Shown here piece after piece: positions 12,060 to 22,280 of a DNA stretch of 36,937 nt (its first letter is position 1; the number at the start of each line of letters is the position of its first letter). Position numbers and translations under genes: made by a program. The DNA comes from Octopus bimaculoides (taxonomy: Eukaryota), in contig NC_068995.1 in assembly GCF_001194135.2 (NCBI RefSeq), positions 23,501,743 to 23,538,679 on the forward strand, in the 5' to 3' direction. Under the pieces are notes generated by a model that was given only the letters and a program-made list of their open reading frames with translations, had not been told where the DNA came from and ran no database searches.

Positions 12060-12135
12060 CATGCTTGTCTTTGTGTTTGTGTCTATCCTTCACCCCCAGT
12101 GTTGGTTTGTTTACATCTTCGTAACTTCGTGTTAC
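11235..12135 (+). mobile_element. SINE family B copy whose internal (TA)n spans the 11402-12024 gap
   Basis: 5' half (tcagccccagtgc...aaagacttgtgagtgaattcgattggcggaaaccgag) lies before the gap; 3' half (gtgtttgtgtc...ggtttgtttacatcttcgtaactt) lies after it. Confidence 0.6.
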
Positions 12136-12314
12136 GAAGTTACGAAGATGTGATCCTTCCAGGTCATATTTTCCCTAAACTCGACAACTACGCCAACGAA
12201 ATCACTGTATACTCTAATAAATTACAAAGCTAATGCACATGAAATGTCTTTCCCGATCCTTTCAAGAATGTTCGAAACAATTTATATGTTTAGTATTTAT
12301 TTTTTTTTACTTTA

Positions 12315-12485
12315 GGTGTAGAAGTGTCTGTATGGTAAGTGGCTTGCTTACCAACCACATGGTTCCGGGTTCAGTCCCACTGCGTGGCACCTTAGGTAAG
12401 TGTCTTCTACTAAAGCCTCGGGCCGACCAAAGCTTTGTGAGTGGATTTGGTAGAGGGAAACTGAAAGAAGCCCGTCGTATATATG

Positions 12486-12516
<31 letters not shown>

Positions 12517-12742
12517 GTATGTGTATATGTTTGTGTGTCTGTGTTTGTCCACCCTACATCACTTGACAACCGATGGTGGTGTGATTACGTCCCCGTAACT
12601 TGGTGACAAAAGAGACTGATAGAATAAGTACTACGCTTACATAGAATAAGTCTTGGTGTCGATTTGCTCGACTAAAGGCGGTGCTTCAGCATGGCCACAG
12701 TCAAATGACTGAAACTAGTAAAGGAATAAAACAATAAAAGAA
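12315..12742 (+). mobile_element. tRNA-derived SINE family B (CORE-like centre, internal microsatellite), near full length
   Basis: tRNA-like head with A box (tggtaag) and B-box-like ggttcagtcc; CORE-like ggcaccttaggtaagtgtcttc; internal (TA)/(TATG)n; tail ggcggtgcttcagcatggccacagtcaaatgactgaaac plus A-rich end. Resembles the octopus OR-type SINEs (from memory). Confidence 0.88.
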
Positions 12743-14428
12743 TCAGTGATATCTGTTAGAAGGTTTAACGTTTTGTATTATTATACACTGTTCAAACCAC
12801 CCAAATATTTTTCTATATTTTTGTTAATGAACAATAACCTTGAACATTGGGCACTTTCGTTATTTTTGACATAACTATCAAATCTATCCATTCATGAACA
12901 CTGCAGACATTCTTCAATACACTGCGTTATGGTATTCATTCATACTTTTTCCGTTTTGGTATTTTTTTATTACAACGCTAATAGCACAACTATAGATATG
13001 ACAGTCAGCAATATGACTGAAGTAAAAGATAGCTTTTGCTTCTAGCAGTTACAAGAGAAAGATGTGCCATGGAAGCTATGAGAAGGAATTTATAGGTTAA
13101 AATACGATTTATATTCACGAAAACAAATTGAAAGCGAAGGATATTTCCCTGTGCGCAGTTAAAGTTTACTTCAATGCAAGAATCCGCAGTTCCATCATAA
13201 TCATTATAACTGCGTTTATGTAGCTAATATTGTTGAGAAGAAAGCATGTGATTAGCTTCATACTGCAGTTGATGACATCTTTACGTATGCGAGTTAAATG
13301 GTTTTGAATAGGTTTATACGATATAACTTTACACGCTGAATGGTTTGGAATAGGCTTATATGACATAACGTCCCTATTCATCATTGTGATATAGAAAATT
13401 AAATTGATTATTAAATATGCATATTTGTTGAAAGCCTGTTAATAATTGCGCTGAATCCAAATAATAACATCAATATATGAAAATTTCTATTACGTATATA
13501 TGATATCGGTTGATTGTTTATTGTGCCATTCTTAACTTAAATGTAGCATGTGATAACTAGGGATATAGGTATATTTGTTTTGTACAGGATAACATAAGTG
13601 AATTTTCATCAGAAAGGTAATTTTACAGAAACGTAATAGTTCGGTTTATATGAAATGGAATTGAATTGAAAGATTACCATTGGTTGAGACATAACAATTA
13701 CTTTATTACGTCGTTTTCATAGGCTTTCTTGATCCGAGAAACCATCACGTGCCTTCCTTTTAACTTAGGCTCTGGTGTAAGTGTGAAAACCCGAATTCGA
13801 AACATTTGCAGGTATATATTTTTTCTATTTGGTGTGTTTTTCTGATCACGGCCTACCTCCTCTTCCTCATCTGCGGTGTTTTGCGCTCTTTGTCTTTTCG
13901 CAACTAGAATGATAAAGATGCGTCTAGTGCGGTCTATCCTCGGTGATAACCTCTGCAATATCCAGCCAAAGGAATTGGCTGGATATCACATAGTAAGATG
14001 TTCAATTTTAGGACGTGTGTGAACTCCAGTCATGGTCTACTACGATGACGTCTATTGTTGCAAATTCAGAAAATATGATGGTTTTCATTCATCCAAGTTA
14101 ATACCCAATATTCAGAGAATATTTCTTTGATGCAACGGTTCGATCGTGTTGATGTGACATCGATAAGAGTGGGAGCTCAATATAATATGACTGCTGAACT
14201 GAAATGGAGATTAGGTCATAACTCTGCTTGCTTGATTCATTTCCTTGTACTTAGAGCAAATGCAATGGAAAGGTATTACATTTATGCCTTCACAACGGTA
14301 TTATTTGTTGAGTTGAAATAACATCTTCTGCTATGTTATTCGGAACTCTTGCTCTGGACTTATTCGCAGCATTATGGCCTATGTCAGCTTGTAAGCTGAA
14401 CGTATACTATTATTTTGTATCTGTCTAA

Positions 14429-14646
14429 GGCGGCGAGCTGGCAGAATCGTTAGCACGCCGGGTGAAATGATTGGCGGTGTTTCGTCTGTCGCTACGTTCT
14501 GAGTTCAAATTCCACCGAGGTCGACTTTGCCTTTCATCCTTTCGGAGTCGATAAATTGAGTACCAGTCAAACACTGGAGTCGATGTAATCGACAAGTCCC
14601 CTCCCCACAAATTTGAGGCCTTATGTCTCCAGTAGAGAGGATTATT
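14429..14646 (+). mobile_element. tRNA-derived SINE family A, near full length
   Basis: Head ggcggcgagctggcagaatcgttagc, B box gagttcaaattc, central gtcgactttgcctttcatcctttcggagtcgataaattgagtaccag, tail ending gaggattatt. Multiple homologous copies occur in the window. Confidence 0.9.
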
Positions 14647-15554
14647 TTGTGTCCGTCTTAGTACGTTACTCAAATACTAGTGAGATTCACTGTGACTTTG
14701 TCTGTTTTTCACGCTCGTTATCTCCATCATCATCATAAATATTATCACCAACATCCTGATCATCATTATAATAATCATCATCTTGGATACACTTGCAAAA
14801 GCAACACCGTTGATAATTATCATTTCATATGTTCATGTTTTTAAACCATTTTTTAGAATAACGTTTTTGAATTAACTGCTGTTGTGACTCTATACAAACA
14901 GAAGTGTCAAATGCGTTGAAAAACTCAAGTTAACTGATGTTTCAACTTTAACTACCGGCTTGCTCAACCAGTGAGCAAGATATTGCCGAGTAGAGTCTAT
15001 ATAGAAATAGGAAACTCCACCAAAAGTAGTTCTTAGTTTTCCATTATTTCAAAAAATTGATTGAAAGTTAATCGCGATTTAGTTGAGATAGCTATCTGAA
15101 GAAATTGCTACACATCAAGAACCCGATTAAAGAAATAACGTATTAAAAGAGTTTGATAAGGACTATAAGAGAGTGAGAGAGAAATAATGTGTGTGTATGT
15201 GTGTGTATGTGTGTGTTTGTGGGGGGGTGAATATTTATTGCATAGGTCACTCTGTAGGACATTATAATTTCTTGTATCAAATAGACCTTCACCGTCGCTT
15301 TTTCCTAGTTTTGCTCCATCCCTTTGGTCGTATCATTTCCTGACCTACCACCTCGTTTTGTTTTCTTGACATTAAAGCATGAATTTAGTTGTCGTATTAT
15401 CTTTTGTTTTACCCTAAATTAAATAATATATTTCATTGAAATATGTGACAAATAGTAAAGCTCATTATAAGCACACTGTTCTTATAAGCTTTCCTCCCAT
15501 TATAAAACGTTATTAATGAAAGACACTCACATTTCGTAAAAACGGTTAACGAAT

Positions 15555-16120
15555 TTTGGCATGGGGCTGGCAATTTTGGGAAAAGGAGCAACCGGATTAC
15601 ATGGACCCCAATGCTCGAATGGTACTTATTTTATCAACCCCTAACGGATGAAAGGTAAAATCGACCTCAGCAGAACTCAGAACATAAAGGTAGACGAATT
15701 GCTACCAAGTACTTTCCCCTGTGTTCTAATAATTCGGACAGCTTTCAGCCTTAATAGTTGACATTGGTGGCATTTAAGGTCGAGACATAATGACGGGGGG
15801 AATGCCGCAAAGCATTTCGACCGGCGTGCTAGCGATTCTTCGAGCTCGCTGCCTTTTCAATTTGTAATAATATTTTCAAAATTTAGCACAAGGCCAGTCA
15901 TTTAGAGGGAGTGGAAATTCGATCATATCAACCCTAATCTCCTACTGGTACTTATTTTATCGACCTCGAAAGGATGATAGGCAATGTTGTCCTCAGCAGA
16001 ATTTGGACACAGAACGCAACGGTAGACGAAAGGCAGCCAAGCCTTTTCCGCTGTGTTCTAACAATTCTGGAGGCTCGCCACCTTAAATGTCAACCTCGGC
16101 GGTATTTTAGCTCGGAACAA
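15555..16120 (-). mobile_element. Tandem cluster of SINE family A copies (about 2 near full, 2 partial), all minus strand
   Basis: ggtacttattttatc(a/g)acc..aaggatgaaagg occurs at ~15620 and ~15947; head pieces at ~15740, ~15850 and ~16075; extra fragment at 16086-16120. Confidence 0.8.
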
Positions 16121-16942
16121 TGAATTCCCAATCAGTAATAATACGAGCTGTTTATTATAATGTTGATACCTGTTCGTACTAGTAATGATTTCTGCAAAGC
16201 AGTAACTCTTTCTCTGGTTAGTTAAAAATAATGCTTTGAAGACATTTGTATTCTTTGCATGATTCTCTTGGCATCAGATCCATTGATTTCAAAGTAGACA
16301 TATGTGATGACTTAATGACATATTGATGATGAAATCTTAATTCTCAATTTGACAAATATAAAGTAATCTCTCTTTGACTCCCATTGTACTATTATTTCTC
16401 CCAAAAATCATTTATAGCTTTAGTATTGTCACCTGTGATGACATACGATACAACACAACGGAACTTAATATTTGAAATATTTCTCATAAGAAAAGAGAAG
16501 CATAAATTTACTTGTAGGAAGGAAATTTTATCGTCATTACACACACGCACGCACACGCACACACACACATATATATACATATATTTGTGTGTGTGAGAGA
16601 ATGTGTACTTATATGTCTACATACATACATACACACTCACATATTATGTCTTTTTAAATGTATTTCGCTTTATAGTTTCAGCTATATTTTATGATTACCT
16701 ATTGATTAGATGTGTATAGTAGCGCATGGTATACCATATTCTATTATTGATGTTTGGATATAAAATCATATTGGATTATTGGAAATATATGACAGATCTA
16801 CTACATGTGATAGAAGAAACGACTATTTCTAAGTTTTCCTCTTTAGAAATTCTGAGCACAAAAATTAAGCTTGAGTTTTCCCTTGTTGCACTATGCCGCA
16901 TATATATGTTTGTATGTATGTATGTATGTATGTATGTATCTA

Positions 16943-16983
<41 letters not shown>

Positions 16984-18417
16984 ATTGTGTAGTTTTGTAT
17001 GAATGCATATATATATATGTATTTATGTAAGTGTACACGTGTTTAAAGAATGTATGTAGATGCATGTGTGCGTGATTTTAAATGACGTTTTATCGACTTT
17101 TACAATCAATCATTATGTCCCTAAAGACATATTTTCATGATTGTGCTGCGGGAGGTTTGGTTTTTAGTGATGAATGTAAAAATATATTCTAAAAGCACAT
17201 GCTATGAATTTAATGTTATCTTGAACAAAATGTACTTGCTGTAATGTATTTTATTGATAGAAGTAAATTGAAATATTTTAAGCCAAGATGACAGTACACA
17301 ATAGTAGATATGGATGAAATCGATGACTTTGCATTCCGTTATAATATATTTTATCAATTCATTTAGACGGTGGCTTTTATGTTTTGAAAAAAAATCCAGA
17401 TTCAATAAATTTACATGAATTTGAAATCAGAAATTCCGATTTAAAGTAAGGGGAATACAAGAGTGGGATAATGATAGAGTTTGTGTATGTTTATATATGC
17501 TGATAGTAAGTGCATTCATATATGTTTATTATTTAAATATAATTTATTTTGAGAGTAGGTGACCAGCGAATATATATTTTCAATTATAAGCAAGTTTAAA
17601 TTGTTGTATATATTACTGCATTGTTATTTTTTTTCCCAGATATTTTATGAAGTGGCTTACTAATTCATTTTCATATACTACGCGGGTGCTACAGATAACA
17701 GTATGACAATTACTGCGAGAATCTGACCCCACAGACACTTACTGTGTTTGATACAAAAAGAAAAAATACTCTGTATAACAATTTGTGTAATTCGTCAAAA
17801 ATATGCATAAATATTATTTTACTTGTATAAAGGGAATCATTTTCATACGCTCAATTAACATATATTTATTCCTGCTGTGAAATTAGGCCTCAATTTCGAC
17901 ATATATACTTGGCACATATAAATATGGATTAATCATGAGATAGAAATTCAGAGTAATTATAACTTAATATTTATTAAACAACTGAATAAATTATGCAAAT
18001 TACTGTAGGCCATAAATTTTTTTCCTTGATACATATCTGCCTCAGTCTCATACACAATGGAGTTAAACTAAAATAACTGTTTGCTGTTAATGAATATTGA
18101 GGAAGAAATTTAGTTCCAGAATTCTCTTTTCTCCAATCAATCACTCATTCGTAATATACGTCTCTGTGAGTGTGTGTCTGTCTGGCCTGCATGTATGTCT
18201 GTATGCATGTATATATGTATATATATTAACATATACTATATATATATATGCATATATANNNNNNNNNNTGTGTATTAATATTATCTCAGTTATTGAAACT
18301 TTCGATAATTTGAATACGCTAATAGTTACCATGGGTAGCAAAATTACACAAAAAAAAACAAGATATCCCAGCCGATTTACAGGCTGATATACCGAGTTAA
18401 CGTGATACATTTTGAGA

Positions 18418-18824
18418 ATATATGGATAATAACAACAAATGGAGCAAAACGCATGTCGAAGAAACTTACTTTAATTCCTACATATATGTTTCGAAGCAAG
18501 TGAGGGCCATTTCACAAAAACTAGCGTTCTTATGCCTAAAGCCCGTGGAATAATATCTGTGACCCCGTCGTAACTCTATGTAAACAAACCTTCTAACGGT
18601 CACTGACCATGTAACATCTCAGCTCGTAAGTTACCCCATCATTTCGTTTTTGTCTTGCTACTAAATGTTTTATTATGTTCTCCCTGATGAGAAACAAGTG
18701 ATAATTCCAGCTACCCCTTTTTTTTTGTGAAATGGCCCTCAGTTGCTTCGAAACATATATGTAGGAATTAAAGGAACTTTCATCGACATGCGTTTTGCTC
18801 CATTTGTTGTTATTATCCATATAT
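18418..18824. mobile_element. MITE-like or foldback element, 103 bp terminal inverted repeats, TA-flanked
   Basis: 18418-18520 is the reverse complement of 18722-18824 with about 4 mismatches. The ~200 bp spacer is non-coding and both ends sit in TA context. Confidence 0.8.
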
Positions 18825-19485
18825 ATATNNNNNNNNNNNNNNNNNNNNNNNNNNNNNNNNNNNNNNNNNNNNNNNNNNNNNNNNNNNNNNNNNNNNNNNN
18901 NNNNNNNNNNNNNNNNNNNNNNNNNNNNNNNNNNNNNNNNNNNNNNNNNNNNNNNNNNNNNNNNNNNNNNNNNNNNNNNNNNNNNNNNNNNNNNNNNNNN
19001 NNNNNNNNNNNNNNNNNNNNNNNNNNNNNNNNNNNNNNNNNNNNNNNNNNNNNNNNNNNNNNNNNNNNNNNNNNNNNNNNNNNNNNNNNNNNNNNNNNNN
19101 NNNNNNNNNNNNNNNNNNNNNNNNNNNNNNNNNNNNNNNNNNNNNNNNNNNNNNNNNNNNNNNNNNNNNNNNNNNNNNNNNNNNNNNNNNNNNNNNNNNN
19201 NNNNNNNNNNNNNNNNNNNNNNNNNNNNNNNNNNNNNNNNNNNNNNNNNNNNNNNNNNNNNNNNNNNNNNNNNNNNNNNNNNNNNNNNNNNNNNNNNNNN
19301 NNNNNNNNNNNNNNNNNNNNNNNNNNNNNNNNNNNNNNNNNNNNNNNTGAAGAGTTTTGAAATTTTTTTAGAACACCTTTCGCAATTGTCTGAAAATACA
19401 GACATAGACCTGCCCAAATGCATCAATAAATTAACATTCATATTTTTCCACACAATCACTGATCTAATAAAATGGAAATATTATT

Positions 19486-19727
19486 ATTTCTAAATCTCTC
19501 AAAGAGAGATATTCAGTAAAAGTTCTTTAAAGTAAATGCTATTTGCTAACATAATGTGGCAGTCCCAGGATGGAATGACTGTTGCTTTTATTCAACCCCA
19601 AGAAACATCGTTTCCAGCTGGCTATACGACACAACATCTGTGTCTTTATATTTTCGAATAGGGGGTCCAGCATTCCATTCAGCACAAAACAATTGTGAAC
19701 CGGTTTCTGAGTTATTTTATCAACACA
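19486..19727 (-). repeat. Hammerhead-repeat unit A (inverted copy, decayed ribozyme)
   Basis: Reverse complement shares gtcgt..gcca.ct.gaaac, ctgccacatta and ctctttgagagatttagaaat with units C and D. At the homologous position it has tgtg-TTGATAA-aataactca-GAAACCGGTT-caca. Confidence 0.7.
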
Positions 19728-19759
19728 GAGTAGTTGTTCGAAGGTATGACAGATAATTT

Positions 19760-19828
19760 GTCGTACAGCCAGCTGGAAACGATGTTTCCTGGGGCTAAAC
19801 AACAGTAACAATCGTTCCTTCCAGGGAC
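19760..19828 (+). repeat. Hammerhead-repeat partial unit B
   Basis: gtcgtacagccagctggaaacgatgtttcctggggctaaacaacagtaacaatc is homologous to the middle of units C and D, and 33/35 nt complementary to 19596-19630. Confidence 0.75.
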
Positions 19829-20127
19829 AGAAGATGGATTTGATATTAGTCGCTTGAATCACTGCCGGCGCACGCACAAAAATATACACAGGCGCCGGCA
19901 CGTAAATACATGCATATGTAGGTGCCGATTTATGTCTGTATGCGTGCAAAGGTATAGGTACATTCGTATGAACTTTATCCTGGTGCAGTGTGAATACTGA
20001 GGCGTGTATGTGTATATATATTGTTATACTTGAGCACGCGTGTATATTTTCGTATATGTATGAAGATGCGTGTATACATATGTATGAGTGTGTATGTTTG
20101 TGTGCATGTATCTGTGTATGTTTGTGC

Positions 20128-20158
<31 letters not shown>

Positions 20159-20201
20159 TAGATAAATAGATAGATAGATACATACATACATACATACATA
20201 C

Positions 20202-20240
<39 letters not shown>

Positions 20241-20520
20241 CAGCGAAATCTAACAAGGTCAAGCTGCCCCAAACTGATGAAGGGCAATTACTCTGAAACT
20301 AGTGTCTGGATGGTGGCTTTGTTGGGTGGAGATGCTTTTCTTCCCTGTTTTAAAACTTAAGGACACACAACGCTTGTGTCGTGTAGCCAACTAGAAACGG
20401 TGTTTATTGGGGCTAAATAACAGTAACATTCTCCCCTTTCCTGGAGCTGCCACATTAAGTTGGTAACAACCCATCACTTTATCATGCTGTTACTACATAA
20501 CTCTTTGAGAGATTTAGAAA
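20241..20520 (+). repeat. Hammerhead-repeat unit C
   Basis: Colinear with 20595-20883 at an offset of 354 bp. Hammerhead core CTGATGA at 20274 and GAAAC at 20295; the cleavage triplet is mutated to GTG. Confidence 0.85.
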
Positions 20521-20594
20521 TGTAATATTCCTACTTTTGTTGATCAGTGAACGTATTTCACTTGAAATTCTATAAGTTTTCAGCTGCAATTTAG

Positions 20595-20883
20595 CAGCGA
20601 CATCTAGCAAGGCCAAGCGATTCCAGACTGATGAAGGGCATTTGCCCTGAAACTAGTCTCTTGGTGCTGGCTTTATTGTGTGGGGGTGCTTTTCTCCCCT
20701 GCTTTAAAAGTTAAGGACACTGAACGCTTGTGGCGCGCAGCGAATTAGAAACGGTTCTATTTGGGGCTAATTAACAGTAACATTCTTCCCTTTCCTGGGA
20801 CTGCCACATTAAGTTCACAACAAGCCATCGCATCGCTTTATCGTGCTTGTTACTGCATAACTGTCTCTGAGATATTTAGAAAT
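20595..20883 (+). repeat. Hammerhead-repeat unit D
   Basis: Direct repeat of unit C, roughly 70-75% identical by eye. Confidence 0.85.
20622..20664 (+). ncRNA. Minimal type I hammerhead ribozyme motif
   Basis: tccaga-CTGATGA-agggc(attt)gccct-GAAAC-ta-GTC/tcttgg: intact core, perfect 5 bp stem II, palindromic ACTAGT stem III, GUC site after 20658, stem I with one bulge. Confidence 0.7.
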
Positions 20884-20884
20884 G

Positions 20885-21032
20885 AAATATACTCCACTTC
20901 CTTGATTTCTCTACTGATGTTCTCCTTCAGTTGCACCAAGGTCACTGGTTTGTTGACGCAAACCCATTATTTCAGGTATCCCAGCAAGAAAAAATCCGGG
21001 CTAGTCAAGTCTGGAGAACATGAAGGCCATTC
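20885..21032 (-). mobile_element. Tc1/mariner (DD41D/rosa-like) transposase fragment
   Basis: Minus strand reads EWPSCSPDLTSPDFFLLGYLK*WVCVNKPVTLVQLKENISREIKEV. Confidence 0.85.
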
Positions 21033-21044
21033 AAAGTAGACTCA

Positions 21045-21509
21045 CACATAGTTCCAGCAAGCTGAAGCAATTGCTCATACCGCAAGAGAAACAATGCAGT
21101 TGCTACGACAGTGCTTTGAAGAGAAAATAATCTCCCTCTACGGCAATGTCAACTGGCCTTCAGGTTCCCCAGACTTCACTAGAGAGGGTTTACGTTAACA
21201 AACATGAGACCCTGGTGCAACTGAAGGAGAACATCAATAAAGAAGTCAGAGAAGTGGGGTCTGAAACACTTGTGGGTGTTATGGTGCAAGTTTTGGAAAG
21301 AGCACGTGCGTGCGAAGCCGAAAATAGTTTCCATTTATGCGATGTCATTTTTAATATTAATGTAGCGGTGTTACAAAATCTAACTCATGCATATCAATTT
21401 TCACTACGTCCTCTATATTGTATCAAAATTTCACGCATTTATTTTCAAAGCTAAGGGAGTTGGAAGTTTTTAAAAATTGAAACATATCAGTGACTTTTGA
21501 ACACCCTCT
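21045..21509 (+). mobile_element. Tc1/mariner (DD41D/rosa-like) 3' half with right terminal inverted repeat, decayed
   Basis: FQQAEAIAHTARETMQLLRQCFEEKIISLYGNVNWPSGSPDF, then a deletion, then ERVYVNKHETLVQLKENI..HLCDVIF; it ends gacttttgaacaccctct. Combining with the minus-strand copy gives 41 residues between the second and third catalytic positions. Confidence 0.85.
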
Positions 21510-21648
21510 CTCCCTCTCTATATATACGTATATATAGAGAGGGAGAGAGGGTGTTCAAAAGTCACTGATATGTTTCAATTTTTTTTAACTTCCAACTCCC
21601 TTAGCTTTGAAAATAAATGCGTGAAATTTTGATACTATATAGAGGACG
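21407..21648. repeat. 242 bp palindrome (121 bp arms, no spacer, 4 mismatches)
   Basis: Symmetric about c21527/g21528; the right arm ends exactly at the gap at 21649. Confidence 0.9.
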
Positions 21649-21924
21649 NNNNNNNNNNNNATATATATAAGCATCGGGATATAAGTAGATAAAAATACAC
21701 AAAATGAATACAATAAACAGAGAAATGTACCAATAGAATATACAATGGAGGATTGAAAGTTTCGGGTTATTGCTTTTAACCAAAAGAAAGAGACTTTAAG
21801 AGAAAAAGAAATGCATTTGGTGTTTGTTTACTTAACGTAACAAGTATCTTTTAATTCTTCCAATTGTTCGCTGAAGAGTTTTAGTTGGACAACTTGACCC
21901 TGCTACTTACGTTTTTAAGCTTTC

Positions 21925-22280
21925 TACTTATTTAAATGATCGCTTATGCTGAACGGCTATGTTACTAGGACAAAACAAGCAGCGGTTGTGAAGCAGTGTG
22001 GTAACGAATACAAGCACAAACACAAAGACTCCAGCACACATACACCCACACATACACCCACACCCACACACCCACACATACACACACACACACAGAGAAA
22101 GAGAGAGAGAGAGAGAGAGAGTTTTCATCTACCAAATCCACTCACTTTCAGTTTTCTTCTATTCACTAGGCTCTAGTCAGTCTGGGGACATAGGAGAGGA
22201 CACTTGCATAAGGTGCCACGCAGTGGGGCGACAACCAGAATCATGTAGGCGGGAAGCGAGCTTCATATCACCACACCACC
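21925..22280 (-). mobile_element. SINE family B
   Basis: ctaccaaatccactca...gacacttgcataaggtgccacgcagtggg...catgt is the reverse complement of the family B head and centre, with internal (CA)n(GA)n. Confidence 0.8.

Noticed and set aside
11298-12233. Long ORFs of 235-303 aa in the track (also 18593-19493, 26408-26709, 33817-34489)
   Set aside because: They consist mostly of N-gap X residues and (TA)n translations.
13296-13375. Short ~42 bp tandem duplication (aatggtttt/ggaatagg..tata.ga.ataac)
   Set aside because: Ordinary slippage-type duplication with no further structure.
19539-20262. 218 aa and 95 aa minus-strand ORFs over the hammerhead region
   Set aside because: Built from (TA)/(CA)/(GA) low-complexity DNA and antisense repeat sequence, with no protein family signal.
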